From Thermodesulfobacteriota bacterium (GTDB lineage: Bacteria > Desulfobacterota_D > UBA1144 > Nemesobacterales > JAJCZQ01): a stretch of 64,000 nt of DNA. The position numbers were made by a program, and so were the translations under genes. Positions 19,877 to 30,497 of this stretch are shown piece after piece; the stretch's first letter is position 1; each line of letters begins with the position of its first letter. The stretch covers positions 704,001-768,000 of the forward strand of contig CBDBDR010000017.1 in NCBI GenBank assembly GCA_965203965.1. The letters are read 5' to 3'. The notes below the pieces were generated by a model, which was given only the letters and a program-made list of their open reading frames with translations, did not search any database and had not been told where the DNA came from.

Positions 19877-21319
19877 ATGAACGACAACACACCCAAAATA
19901 ATTATATACAGCAGCCTGACACAAAAAAAAGAAGAATTAGTTCCTCAAGAGGGGAAAAAAATAAGGATATACGCATGCGGGCCTACAGTTTACGACTCTG
20001 CCCACCTTGGACATGCGAGGTCAGCAGTATCGTTTGATATTATTCAACGTTTTCTGAGACATGCGGGCTATGACGTCACATTCGTGAGAAACTATACAGA
20101 TATTGATGACAAAATAATCAACCGTGCCAAAGAACTTGGCTTGGATTGTAAGGAGATATCCGAAAAGTATATACAGGAATATAAGCATGACATGGCTTCA
20201 ATCGGGGTTCAAACTCCTGACATGGAGCCTAAGGTAACAGAACACATTGACAATATAATAGCTATTATTCAGAAGATCATTGATCGCGGTTATGCCTATG
20301 TTTCAGGCAATGATGTTTTTTTCTCCGTGAGGAAATTCAGAGAATATGGAAAACTTTCAAAGAGGTCTATCGATAATATGCTTGAAGGTGTACGCATTGA
20401 TATTAATGAGAAGAAAGAAGATCCCCTTGACTTTGCACTTTGGAAAGGTGCAAAAGAGGGTGAACCTTCATGGTCAAGCCCATGGGGTAAAGGGAGACCG
20501 GGATGGCATATTGAGTGTTCAGCCATGAGCATGCAATATCTGGGAGATAGCTTTGAAATACATGGTGGAGGTAAAGATCTGATATTTCCGCACCACGAAA
20601 ACGAAATTGCACAATCTGAAGCTGCAAGTGGTGAGCAATTTGCCAAATACTGGTTGCATAATGGACTTATACAGATCAACAGCGAAAAAATGTCAAAATC
20701 TCTCGGGAATTTTTTCACCGTTCAGAATGCCGTCAAAAAATGGAGTCCCGAATCAATAAGGCTTTTCTTTTTATCACACCACTATCAAAATCCTGCCGAT
20801 TTTTCCGAACAGGTTATGGATGATACGGAAACTTCTCTGGAGCGAATTTACACAACTCTGAAGCGAGCTTACGACACTAAAACTGATTCCAATTCTACTG
20901 ACCCAGAACTGGAGCAGAACCTTAAAAAGTTTAAAGAAAACTGGAATAAGGCAATGTGTGATGACTTCAACACTGCCAACGCGGTAGGCAACTTGTTTGA
21001 GGTTATAAGGGCAATAAATAAATCCATTGACAATAACGGTTGGACAAAGACACTCGGCGAAACTCTTGAGGAGATCAGAAAATTTGCAAACGTACTCGGA
21101 ATACTTGAGAAAGACCCTACCAAGTATTTGGAAAATAAAAGATCCACTGAAAAGCTCGAAGATATAACAACCGGGGAAATTGAATCACTTATTGAAGAAC
21201 GCAGAAAGGCAAGGGTAGAAAAAAACTGGACACACGCCGATGAGATCAGAGATCAACTTGATTCAAAGGGTATAGTTCTTGAAGACAAACCCGGCGAGAC
21301 TATATGGAAGGTTAAGTAA
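19877..21319 (+). CDS. cysS: Cysteine--tRNA ligase
   Basis: YACGPTVYD, HLGH, GRPGWHIECSAM, KMSKS. Confidence 0.98.
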   Translation: MNDNTPKIIIYSSLTQKKEELVPQEGKKIRIYACGPTVYDSAHLGHARSAVSFDIIQRFLRHAGYDVTFVRNYTDIDDKIINRAKELGLDCKEISEKYIQEYKHDMASIGVQTPDMEPKVTEHIDNIIAIIQKIIDRGYAYVSGNDVFFSVRKFREYGKLSKRSIDNMLEGVRIDINEKKEDPLDFALWKGAKEGEPSWSSPWGKGRPGWHIECSAMSMQYLGDSFEIHGGGKDLIFPHHENEIAQSEAASGEQFAKYWLHNGLIQINSEKMSKSLGNFFTVQNAVKKWSPESIRLFFLSHHYQNPADFSEQVMDDTETSLERIYTTLKRAYDTKTDSNSTDPELEQNLKKFKENWNKAMCDDFNTANAVGNLFEVIRAINKSIDNNGWTKTLGETLEEIRKFANVLGILEKDPTKYLENKRSTEKLEDITTGEIESLIEERRKARVEKNWTHADEIRDQLDSKGIVLEDKPGETIWKVK

Positions 21320-21377
21320 GTCATCGCACTCGCCAAAAAACAGCCTGACAATAAAAATATCAGGGTATATAAAAATT

Positions 21378-22346
21378 TTATATCCAGACACCCATGTATT
21401 CAAGCATTCTTCTGATGTTTGCAGGACTTTGCGTTTCTCCTCTACAACTATACCAGCATGCCTCGCATTTTGTTTTGGCAAACAATTCAGGGCTGTAGTC
21501 ATCGTAATGTGCGACCACGGGCATTTCGGAGCATCTTTTCAAATGCCCACTTGGGGTAACCTGAAGGTGGCTCAGTCCGGCAAAACAATCGGGGACTCCC
21601 CCCCTCTCAAAATAAGCAGGTATTTCTTTTAAGTAATACTCCGTGGAAAGAATAGTTCCTTTCCACTGTTTTCGTAAGTCTATAAGCTCATCAATAACTT
21701 CTCTTACTTTTTCCAACCGTTCTTTCCTTATAAAATGCTTTTCATTATCAGTTTTCATTACAGAATAGGAACTGAACGAGATCCTTACCCCCCACTCTCT
21801 TGCTTTTTGGGCTATTTTCACAACTTGATCAAGGTTGTCCTCCATGATTATGGTGTTCAAAACTACTGTTTTATCCGGAAAACCTCTGGCGAGCTCGGGC
21901 ATTAATGCAGAAATATGGTTCCAGAGACCGGGAATTCCCCGATATTTATCATGGGTCTCTCCCGGAAAATCTAGAGAAATGGCTATCTGATCCATACCAG
22001 AATCAAAAAGCTCTCTTGCCTTGTCAACGGTCAGGAGATCACCTTTTGTCACCATGGAAATAAAAATGAACATTGAGCATTCCTTGATCTGCCTGACAAT
22101 ATTGGGAAGGTCCTTTCTCAACATCGGTTCCCCGCCAGTAATTACTGTTACCAACGGGTTGATCTTCTTAATTACGGGTCTGTAGTCAGTAATCCTTTCT
22201 TCATGCTTTGTCTGCCAGTAGTCACAAAAATCACACGTTGCGTTACAAAGCTTTGTTACCTCAAGATTTACAAGCTTGGGCCTTTTTGTGACCTTATTAT
22301 AAAGAAATTTTAAAGTTCCGTTAACTGCTTGGTCAGTAGAGATCAT
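21378..22346 (-). CDS. Radical SAM protein with C-terminal SPASM/twitch-like Cys motifs
   Basis: CNATCDFC, ITGGEP, CFAG...C...CEACWYSC. Confidence 0.9.
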   Translation of the reverse strand: MISTDQAVNGTLKFLYNKVTKRPKLVNLEVTKLCNATCDFCDYWQTKHEERITDYRPVIKKINPLVTVITGGEPMLRKDLPNIVRQIKECSMFIFISMVTKGDLLTVDKARELFDSGMDQIAISLDFPGETHDKYRGIPGLWNHISALMPELARGFPDKTVVLNTIIMEDNLDQVVKIAQKAREWGVRISFSSYSVMKTDNEKHFIRKERLEKVREVIDELIDLRKQWKGTILSTEYYLKEIPAYFERGGVPDCFAGLSHLQVTPSGHLKRCSEMPVVAHYDDYSPELFAKTKCEACWYSCRGETQSPANIRRMLEYMGVWI

Positions 22347-22454
22347 TTTGAGTGATTTTAGCTACAAAGAATTTGCTGTATTTAGAATACTATCTGCTAA
22401 ATCTCATTGGATTGCAAATTAATTTCCCTGTCTAACAATGTTAACGATAACAAT

Positions 22455-23222
22455 TTAACTATTAACTTCAATAGAAGGCTTATGATTATACCTGTCAATT
22501 GCCCTTCCTTGATTCTCTGCAATTTCCAGAAAACCTGAACTTCCATAGATCGCCAAAAGTTGGTTTTTCGTGACGTTTGAATAGGTTGCACAAATCCGTC
22601 CTATGCTAACGCCGTCAACCGATATTTCACTATTTAAGCTAACGTCTCTATTGCTGATATTAGTGATCATATTGCCAAAATGATCAATATACAAAACATC
22701 TCCAATCAATTTATTGCCCGACCTTTGTACATCCCTTATGTCTATCTTTTGAGGTTTTTCAATTTTTTCTCCAAACAATTCAGGATTATCCAAAAGTGAG
22801 AGATGCGCCGAAACCGGTGCAAAAATATCACGTGCATGAAAGGTTGAACTTATGTTATCAAGAAAAAAATTCTCGTTTGATATTTGATATAATTCAAAAA
22901 GATTTTTTTTACAAATGAGGGAAAACACCCCGTTATCAGGACCTACAAAATAATGCCCATCCTTTTTTACAATTACTGGAAGTCTCTCTCCGCCAACTCC
23001 CGGATCCACAACCACAAGATGAATTGAACCTTTGGGGAAAAATCTATATGATTTTTTTATATTTATAGCAGCGGCAAGTATATCCTGAGGTGCAATGCCA
23101 TGATTTATATCCACCAGTTTTATAGAGGGATTTATTGACAGGATCACACCTTTTACAACACCAACATAATAATCGGTCAAGCCAAAATCAGTTGTCAATG
23201 TCAGAATTTGTGCCATACTCAA
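22455..23222 (-). CDS. SAM hydroxide adenosyltransferase / chlorinase-fluorinase family (DUF62)
   Basis: LTTDFG, VVDPGVG, GPDNG, STFHARDIFAP, DHFGN. Confidence 0.93.
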   Translation of the reverse strand: MSMAQILTLTTDFGLTDYYVGVVKGVILSINPSIKLVDINHGIAPQDILAAAINIKKSYRFFPKGSIHLVVVDPGVGGERLPVIVKKDGHYFVGPDNGVFSLICKKNLFELYQISNENFFLDNISSTFHARDIFAPVSAHLSLLDNPELFGEKIEKPQKIDIRDVQRSGNKLIGDVLYIDHFGNMITNISNRDVSLNSEISVDGVSIGRICATYSNVTKNQLLAIYGSSGFLEIAENQGRAIDRYNHKPSIEVNS

Positions 23223-23247
23223 TAAATATTAACCTTACGTAGAGATT

Positions 23248-23997
23248 ATGAAAGTATGGATATTGGGCAGTGGGACTTGCATCCCATATAACAGAAGAGG
23301 ATCATCATCTTACCTTATTTCCTTTAATTCAAATAAGATCCTCTTTGACTGCGGCAGTGGCACAACTTGGAAGCTGGAAAAAATTGGGGTTGACTACCTT
23401 GATATTGACCATATTTTTATAACGCACTTTCATCCTGACCATAATGCAGATCTGATTCCGTTTTTATTTGCTACCAAGTATCCAGCCGGTAAGGCAAGGA
23501 CAAAGCCTCTTTACGTTTGGGGACCGTCTGGATTCAAGAGTTTCTTCAATTCACTCAAAAATGCCTACAACGAGTGGATTGAACCTAAGTGTCTGAACAT
23601 CAGAGAATTTAATAATAAAGACAACGGTATTTCAGATGAATTCAAGATATGGTGCTTCAAAACTCCTCACACGGACAATAGTCTCGCATACAAGCTGAAA
23701 ACAGGAGGAAAAACCATTGTGTATTCAGGCGACACGGATTACGTGGGTTCTTTTGCCGAATTTGCATCTGGAGTTGATCTTTTAATAATTGAATGCTCAT
23801 TAACTAATAATCTGAAAAAACCCGGACATCTTACACCTTCGGAGGTAATAAGCATTGCCAATCTGTCCAAACCTAAAAAGCTGGTTCTTACTCACATTTA
23901 TCCCGTGTGCGACGAGGAAAATATTTATGACTTTATCAAAGATAATACCAATTGTGAAACATTGCTGGGAGAAGATCTTTTACGGGTTGATATTTAG
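23248..23997 (+). CDS. MBL-fold metallo-hydrolase (RNase Z/BN-like)
   Basis: LGSG, FDCG, THFHPDH, YSGDT, GHLTP, LTH. Confidence 0.88.
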   Translation: MKVWILGSGTCIPYNRRGSSSYLISFNSNKILFDCGSGTTWKLEKIGVDYLDIDHIFITHFHPDHNADLIPFLFATKYPAGKARTKPLYVWGPSGFKSFFNSLKNAYNEWIEPKCLNIREFNNKDNGISDEFKIWCFKTPHTDNSLAYKLKTGGKTIVYSGDTDYVGSFAEFASGVDLLIIECSLTNNLKKPGHLTPSEVISIANLSKPKKLVLTHIYPVCDEENIYDFIKDNTNCETLLGEDLLRVDI

Positions 23998-25088
23998 TTT
24001 TTCAATACACTTGCAACCACGTCAAAAACCTCTTCGGGTCCTATGTCTTCAAGACATTTAACTCCATAGGGACATCTTGGCGTATAACCAAATTTTGTGC
24101 AAGGACTGCATTTCAATCTTTTGTTTATTGTGTGATTTTTAGCGCCGGAAGGAGCCCATTTCTCCTGAATACCTGCACCAAATAAAGAGACTGTTCGTGT
24201 TCCCACGCCGTAGGCAATGTGCATTAATCCCGAGTCTGCACTTATTAGAACATCTAATTTAGATATAATATTTTTCGTTTCATTCAATTCTGTCTTACCG
24301 ATTAAGTTCAAGTAATCTCGATCGCCAAGAAATTTCTGGAAAGCCAAGGAATCTTTCATTTCCCCCATACCACCCAGCAGCACCACTCCTGTATCACTAT
24401 CCAGAAGCCTGCTCCCTAAAAACGAGTAATTTTCAACTCCCCACCTTCTTTCCCTTACGGTTGCACCGCTGAATATTCCGACAACATATCCGTATTTTTC
24501 TTTGTAGCGTGAAAAATCAACACTTGCCGATACTGTTTCAAAATCCAAAAAAGCCTTATCCCCGTTAAATTCGTGTTTGTTTCCGGTAAGTTCTGACAGC
24601 AAGTTTATAAAACTAACAGCTTCGTAATCATCCTGATTGTATAAAACAGAGTTGGTAAACAATCTTTGTCTTTCGTTGGTTGCAAAACCAACCCTGACAT
24701 TTGAACCGGTAAGAAAACAGATAACCGCACTCAACCGGTGCCACTGTTCAGTATCAATAACCGCATCATAGTTTTTCTTTAAAACCCTTAATAATCCCAG
24801 ATTCTTAAAGTCATCATACAGATAGAGATCATCAATATATTTGCAGTCCTTAAAAATTCCTGCATTTCTCTTTTCAGCCAGTATATCAACCTGAATATCT
24901 GTAAATGTATCCTTCAATATTTTTAAGCAGGGATATAAAAGTACGGCGTCCCCTATACCACCGGGACGAATGATCAGAATTTTGTTATAACCATTGCTCT
25001 TACCAATTTTACTTCCAAATGTAGAAAGTAGATAACAAAGGGGTTTGCCAACACAATAATCCAGAAATTTGATTAGTTTGATTTTCAT
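23994..25088 (-). CDS. Glycosyltransferase family 9 (heptosyltransferase-like)
   Basis: RPGGIGDAVL, ADSGLMHIA, CSPC...C...C. Confidence 0.9.
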   Translation of the reverse strand: MKIKLIKFLDYCVGKPLCYLLSTFGSKIGKSNGYNKILIIRPGGIGDAVLLYPCLKILKDTFTDIQVDILAEKRNAGIFKDCKYIDDLYLYDDFKNLGLLRVLKKNYDAVIDTEQWHRLSAVICFLTGSNVRVGFATNERQRLFTNSVLYNQDDYEAVSFINLLSELTGNKHEFNGDKAFLDFETVSASVDFSRYKEKYGYVVGIFSGATVRERRWGVENYSFLGSRLLDSDTGVVLLGGMGEMKDSLAFQKFLGDRDYLNLIGKTELNETKNIISKLDVLISADSGLMHIAYGVGTRTVSLFGAGIQEKWAPSGAKNHTINKRLKCSPCTKFGYTPRCPYGVKCLEDIGPEEVFDVVASVLKN

Positions 25089-25124
25089 TAGCCAAGAACA
25101 GATAATTGTCTCTGTTTTAATACA

Positions 25125-26207
25125 CTAATCTAACAAATCTGACTTATAGCTAACCTTACCAGTTTTGGGGTCAAGGTTATAATTTTCCCCGAACGGATTT
25201 TCAGGGTAATCTTCATTTCTTGCATGCGTAATAAAATATCTCAGATCATCAATTTTTTCTGGGTATTCACCATATAAATTTTTATAACTCAATGCTCTTG
25301 AATTCAAAACCCTCAGATTGTGTTCAAGGTCAGCTTTTAACAATGTTTTACTTTTGAATGACTTGATTAGTGGTATCAAAACAAATTCTCCACCACTATG
25401 GTCTTTTGGTAACCTGTCCAAATACCCTCCATTAAGCAATTCAGTCAAATTGCCCGGAAGACCGCCGTGCTTTTTCTCGTAGTTGCCAGCCAACAACGTC
25501 AGCTTGTCCTCTATATCTCTTGTTTTCAGCTCATTGAGATTTTTTAACGCAAAAGCTTTTCTCCCTTCATCCAGAGTAGTATTGTATATTTGTTCCCAGA
25601 TTTGCTTTGCCAACTCTCTCCTTTTGCCTTTTATCAATGCGCTGCCTGCCATACCTTTTATTGAAGCACGCAAGGTATCAGGCAAACCCGGTTTTTCGGA
25701 TGCCTCGTTAAAAAGCTCGGCAGCTTTTGCATAATTCTTATCATGTATGAAATAGATAAAAGCCTCCTCAAGAGGTATCCTAAAACTGTTAGGATTATTT
25801 GCCCTGCCTTTTTCAAAAAGTTTAACGCCTTTTTCAAAATCACCTAATCCCGTAGGTAAAGGCTCTGCCAGGAACGTTCCGCCGAACCTGTAAGCATTAA
25901 AAAACTTCGGATCCAGATCGGTCATTATATCAAAGTATTTGTAGAGGACTTCCGAGTCTCTTATCCCATCTGTGTTGCTTCCAAAATATTGTAACGCCCT
26001 TAGCCAATATATATCGGCGAGCAGTTCCCTGTATCCAAGGGACACCTTATCTAAAACCGATGAATTAAGGTAGAGGGTTTGGCTTATTATCTGTGAACTA
26101 TCTCTGTGTTTATCTATATTGATCTGAAGCGGTATTGATACACAAATCATGACAACAATCACAACAAGCATTGCCAGAGGTTTCTTGGACAAATAACTTA
26201 AAGCCAC
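25125..26207 (-). CDS. PilG-like membrane-anchored TPR protein of a type IV pilus-associated ABC cassette
   Basis: N-terminal TM, LLADIYWLRALQY...LDPKF, TPR-like core, two C-terminal pseudopilin-like segments; follows ABC genes. Confidence 0.65.
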   Translation of the reverse strand: MALSYLSKKPLAMLVVIVVMICVSIPLQINIDKHRDSSQIISQTLYLNSSVLDKVSLGYRELLADIYWLRALQYFGSNTDGIRDSEVLYKYFDIMTDLDPKFFNAYRFGGTFLAEPLPTGLGDFEKGVKLFEKGRANNPNSFRIPLEEAFIYFIHDKNYAKAAELFNEASEKPGLPDTLRASIKGMAGSALIKGKRRELAKQIWEQIYNTTLDEGRKAFALKNLNELKTRDIEDKLTLLAGNYEKKHGGLPGNLTELLNGGYLDRLPKDHSGGEFVLIPLIKSFKSKTLLKADLEHNLRVLNSRALSYKNLYGEYPEKIDDLRYFITHARNEDYPENPFGENYNLDPKTGKVSYKSDLLD

Positions 26208-27010
26208 TATTTAAACTCTCTTTTTTCAAAAATAATTATTGAAAGAAAAAGCAAGATGCAACCGTAAATTACTGCATAAGCTGTCGTGCTTGCTATCAGG
26301 TTCAGCGTTATTTCTCCACCGTAAACTGCTTCACTTCTGAAATTAAACTTCTCTAGATTGGGTATCACCCTGTAAAACACTTCAACGACAACCGACACGG
26401 CAGGATTTTTCACTTCCTCAGCAAACAACCTTATATCACTTGAAAAACGTCCAACCACAAATGCGAGCAAAGTCATAATTATAGACAGGATGGGAGTTGT
26501 AAAACTCGAAAATACAAGAGCTATTCCAATCAAGATCAGAAATTCCAAATATTGGAAATAAACTGCAACTACGAACTCGCTGTAAAAATGTCCCTTGTAA
26601 TAAAATTCAATAAAGTCTTTATATTTGGTTTCAATATAGAGAACAAGCAGTATTGACACCACAAACATTGAGATTGTAATTATCAGTATAGTTACGGACA
26701 GACCCAAATACTTGCCAATTATAAACTGGTATCGATACAATGGCTTTGAAAAAATATTATAGACGGTTTTCTTTTCTATCTCTTTGTAAACAAGCCCAAT
26801 GCCTAAGAACACGGAAAGTATTATCCCGAAGATAGAAATAGCCGTCAGGGCAAAATCCTTTACTATCTTATTGTATTGCTCAGCAGAGATTGTGCCTATA
26901 ATCAGAGAGCTTACGATCATCAAAATTGCAAAAAACACCAGACTATAAAGCACCCTGTCCCGTATTGCTTCTGTAAAGGTATTTTTGGCAACTATCCAGA
27001 TTTGACCCAT
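26207..27010 (-). CDS. ABC transporter permease (PilI-like)
   Basis: IWIVAKNTFTEAIRDRVLY...KEIEKKTVYNIFSKP...GKYLG...IFEKREFK; ATG 27010 preferred. Confidence 0.88.
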   Translation of the reverse strand: MGQIWIVAKNTFTEAIRDRVLYSLVFFAILMIVSSLIIGTISAEQYNKIVKDFALTAISIFGIILSVFLGIGLVYKEIEKKTVYNIFSKPLYRYQFIIGKYLGLSVTILIITISMFVVSILLVLYIETKYKDFIEFYYKGHFYSEFVVAVYFQYLEFLILIGIALVFSSFTTPILSIIMTLLAFVVGRFSSDIRLFAEEVKNPAVSVVVEVFYRVIPNLEKFNFRSEAVYGGEITLNLIASTTAYAVIYGCILLFLSIIIFEKREFK

Positions 27011-27017
27011 CGAACTG

Positions 27018-27941
27018 TTAATTCCTATTTTGCTCTTGAATAAAAAGACCTTCAAGGGATTTTCTTAATGGATGCAGGGAAACAATATCTATATCCACCT
27101 CTATAAGTAACCTCACTATCTTGTTTTTCTGTTTTTCATCAAATCTCAGCACAACATAACCCGCCCTTTCATTACAGATGATATCATCCAGGCTCATTTT
27201 TTGCTTTAAGGTAGCTATATTGGTATTTAGAAACATCTCGTAGTCAGTCTTAATACCATCAAGTAACTCTGCTAAAATGCCAACTCTGACAACTATACCG
27301 TTCAAAATTACACCCACTCTGTCACACAGAGATTCAACGTCTGAGAGTATATGGGAGCTTAAAAGAACTGTTTTACCATTGGCTTTCTGCTCCAGAATAA
27401 TGTCCTTGATTTCCTTTCTACCAAGGGGGTCAAGACCACTCATCGGCTCATCTAATATTAAAAACTCAGGATCATTTATCAATGACTGGGCGATCCCGAT
27501 TCTCTGCAGCATTCCTTTTGAATACTTTCTCAACTGTATCTTTCTGGCGTGATTCATATTCACCTTATGCAGTAAATCGTCAACTCTTTTATCCAGAACT
27601 GCTCCTTCAACTCCGTGCAAATGTCCCATATACTTTAATAATTCTTCACCCGTTAGGTATTCATAAAAGTAGGGACTTTCAGGCAGGTAACCAATCTTGG
27701 ACCTTATATCAACACTATGACTGTGAATATTATCAATCTTAATATCACCATTTGTAATTGAAAAAAATCCTAAAATGGATTTAAAAGTTGTAGTTTTCCC
27801 AGACCCGTTTGGACCTATAAAACCAAACACCTCACCGTGAGAAACAGTGAAATTCACATCATGAAGCACGCGGACTTTCTTGCCAAAGAAACCAGTTTTG
27901 AAATCTTTAACTAAACCTTTAACTTCTAACATTTTATCCAT
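27018..27941 (-). CDS. ABC transporter ATP-binding protein (PilH-like)
   Basis: GPNGSGKTT, YSKGMLQR, LDEPMSGLDP, SSH. Confidence 0.93.
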   Translation of the reverse strand: MDKMLEVKGLVKDFKTGFFGKKVRVLHDVNFTVSHGEVFGFIGPNGSGKTTTFKSILGFFSITNGDIKIDNIHSHSVDIRSKIGYLPESPYFYEYLTGEELLKYMGHLHGVEGAVLDKRVDDLLHKVNMNHARKIQLRKYSKGMLQRIGIAQSLINDPEFLILDEPMSGLDPLGRKEIKDIILEQKANGKTVLLSSHILSDVESLCDRVGVILNGIVVRVGILAELLDGIKTDYEMFLNTNIATLKQKMSLDDIICNERAGYVVLRFDEKQKNKIVRLLIEVDIDIVSLHPLRKSLEGLFIQEQNRN

Positions 27942-28364
27942 CCATTGGTGAATTGAAGATAGAAATTATAGCAAATAACCCACTATTATCAGTTACGTGA
28001 TTAGCAAAAACTCCTAACAGAGGAAAGAAAAAACGGAAGCAACTTAAAATATGGAACATAGCAACCAAACTTAATTACCGATCAATATTTTATGGCTATT
28101 TATATCAGTTTTTTGTGGATTTGACAATTAAATTGAGTAGAAACTTATATAGATCTAAGAGATGAAGTAGATATGAACGATCATTCTCGGTTAAAAAATG
28201 TAAAGCGTTTCTATAATGTTCTTGAAAAATTAGAGTAAAAATTGGAATGTAAAAGTTTCGCAGTGTTGTGGTAATTATATAGTAAAAATAATCCGTACCA
28301 GTGGTATTACAATGTGGATGAAATCATAAACCATATAAACAGATTTAAAGCGAGCCAATAAAAA

Positions 28365-28670
28365 ATGAACTCTGTTAAACTAACCTTTGCAATTGAATCA
28401 AGTACAGGCTTGTGGAACAAGATATTTGAGGGCTTTGATCAGGATACCATCTTAACCTCAAGGTTTGAGGGTAGCTCTCCACAAGTGATTGAAATTCTGT
28501 ATAAATTAGGTGCATCTGTTAAGGGCAAATACAAAAACTGCTCGGTAGAAGATAGAGATTATGGGATAATCATCGGAAAAAAAATTGATGACAACAACCA
28601 GGATCAAGTTAATGGATGGATTGACTTAATGAAAAGTATAAAAAGAGAAATTGTTAATTTTGACTGCTGA
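28365..28670 (+). CDS. Hypothetical protein
   Basis: 101-aa ORF in otherwise intergenic space; protein-like composition, no recognised motif. Confidence 0.55.
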   Translation: MNSVKLTFAIESSTGLWNKIFEGFDQDTILTSRFEGSSPQVIEILYKLGASVKGKYKNCSVEDRDYGIIIGKKIDDNNQDQVNGWIDLMKSIKREIVNFDC

Positions 28671-29448
28671 AAACCATATCACCTGCTATTATTTTCTCCA
28701 GACTGCCATTGGTTTTTTCTATGTAGATATAACCATGGCTATCCACTTTTCTTACAACACCACTGATAATCTTCCCGGATACGTCTATTGAAACAAACTC
28801 ATTAAGTTTTCCCCATTCATTTGTCCAATCAGCTACGACGGAGTAAACTCCCTGCCTTAAAAATTTTAGATAACACTCATCAAGGTAGCTTATTAATTTT
28901 GAGGCAACGTATTCCCTGTCAAATTCATTCCCGTTTTCCATTAAAAGTGAGGTTATCTTATCAAGATCACTCGGGAGATTTTTCTCAACAAACTCCTTTG
29001 TCATATTCACATTCAAGCCGATCCCGACAATAATATAATCCAGTTTATCTCCCATCGATTTCATTTCAGTTAGCACCCCTGATACTTTTTTACGGTTTAT
29101 TAATATGTCGTTTGGCCACTTAATTACTGGTATGAAATTGAGGTATCTAAGAGTTTTAACAAGAGCTATGGAAGCAATAAAAGTAAAAACAGGTGAATAA
29201 TGAGGATGAATATCGGGTTTGAACAAAACAGACATGTAGATATTAATCCCATCCGGCGAAAACCAATGTCTGCCCATCCTTCCTCTGCCGGCTGTTTGGA
29301 AGTCTGAGAGCAACACCATCCCATCGTTAAACTCAGAAGATGCAAGTTCCGCCAATTTGGTATTAGTTGAAGAAACACTTTCAAGAACCATTATATCCTT
29401 TCCAACTATCAGGCTTTTTACAAACTCTCTTATCTTTTTTTCATTCAT
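28654..29448 (-). CDS. birA: Biotin--[acetyl-CoA-carboxylase] ligase (no HTH)
   Basis: SSTN, QTAGRGRMGRHW, IKWPND, KKVSGVL, GIGLNVN. Confidence 0.96.
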   Translation of the reverse strand: MNEKKIREFVKSLIVGKDIMVLESVSSTNTKLAELASSEFNDGMVLLSDFQTAGRGRMGRHWFSPDGINIYMSVLFKPDIHPHYSPVFTFIASIALVKTLRYLNFIPVIKWPNDILINRKKVSGVLTEMKSMGDKLDYIIVGIGLNVNMTKEFVEKNLPSDLDKITSLLMENGNEFDREYVASKLISYLDECYLKFLRQGVYSVVADWTNEWGKLNEFVSIDVSGKIISGVVRKVDSHGYIYIEKTNGSLEKIIAGDMVFSSQN

Positions 29449-29584
29449 GGCAGAAGTTGTATTTTAGGGTCAGGTCTTGTTTTTTTTCTAATAAATCCAA
29501 TTTCTAATACTTCTTGAAGACATCAATATGAACAAATTGACAAAGCTATCTTTTTTAAATACCCTAAATAGTTTGAAATATAAA

Positions 29585-29658
<74 letters not shown>

Positions 29659-29774
29659 CGACGAAACACAATGAACATTCTGATAATTTTGATTAAAGTC
29701 ATCAAATCCATAAATTCTTTTGCATTAGGCGGCTCTGATTTTAATGATCTTAAATATAAGAGAAGGAGAACAAT

Positions 29775-30497
29775 ATGCAGGATCAGATATTTGCTCTTGA
29801 ACAACTTCAAAGCATAGACGTAGAATTAAAAGAGATAGAAAACAACTTAGAAAAATATCCTGAAGAAATCCTAAATATTAACAATGAAATTAAAAACATC
29901 ACCGAATCCATAGCAGATAAAAAAAACTCACTTGAAGAGTTGGAGCAAGTAAAATCCAAAACAGAATCTCAAATACAAGATAACCTGAACTCAATAAAGA
30001 AGAGTGAGGAAAGACTTTTCGAAATAAAAACACATAGAGAATACGAATCACTCCAAAAAGAAATAGCCGAGGCTAAAAGAAACAACTCCCAACTTGAAGA
30101 TCAAATCCTTGTCAAAATGGAAGAAATTGAAAATTTAATGAATGAAATAAGTGAAGAAGAAAAAACCTTTGCTACCCAAAAAGTAGAATATAAAGAAAAA
30201 ATAGATGAATATGAGTTGTTAATTGAGGATATTAAATCAAGGGAAAAACCGATAAAAATAGAAAAAGCAAAAATACTGGAAAAAATAAATAAAATAAATT
30301 CTGATATATTGCCCATATATGAACAGGTTATAAAAAGAAACGGTAAGGCTTTGGCATTGGTGGACAACGAAATGTGCACGGGATGCAATATGAACATACC
30401 ACCCCAACTATATATTCGGGTATTGGCACAAAATGAGATACATCAGTGCCCAAACTGCAAAAAAATTCTTTACTCCACAACCACTAAAGGAGAATAA
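29775..30497 (+). CDS. Coiled-coil C4-type zinc ribbon protein (HP0958/CT398-like)
   Basis: Long coiled coil followed by CTGCNM...CPNC. Confidence 0.9.
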   Translation: MQDQIFALEQLQSIDVELKEIENNLEKYPEEILNINNEIKNITESIADKKNSLEELEQVKSKTESQIQDNLNSIKKSEERLFEIKTHREYESLQKEIAEAKRNNSQLEDQILVKMEEIENLMNEISEEEKTFATQKVEYKEKIDEYELLIEDIKSREKPIKIEKAKILEKINKINSDILPIYEQVIKRNGKALALVDNEMCTGCNMNIPPQLYIRVLAQNEIHQCPNCKKILYSTTTKGE

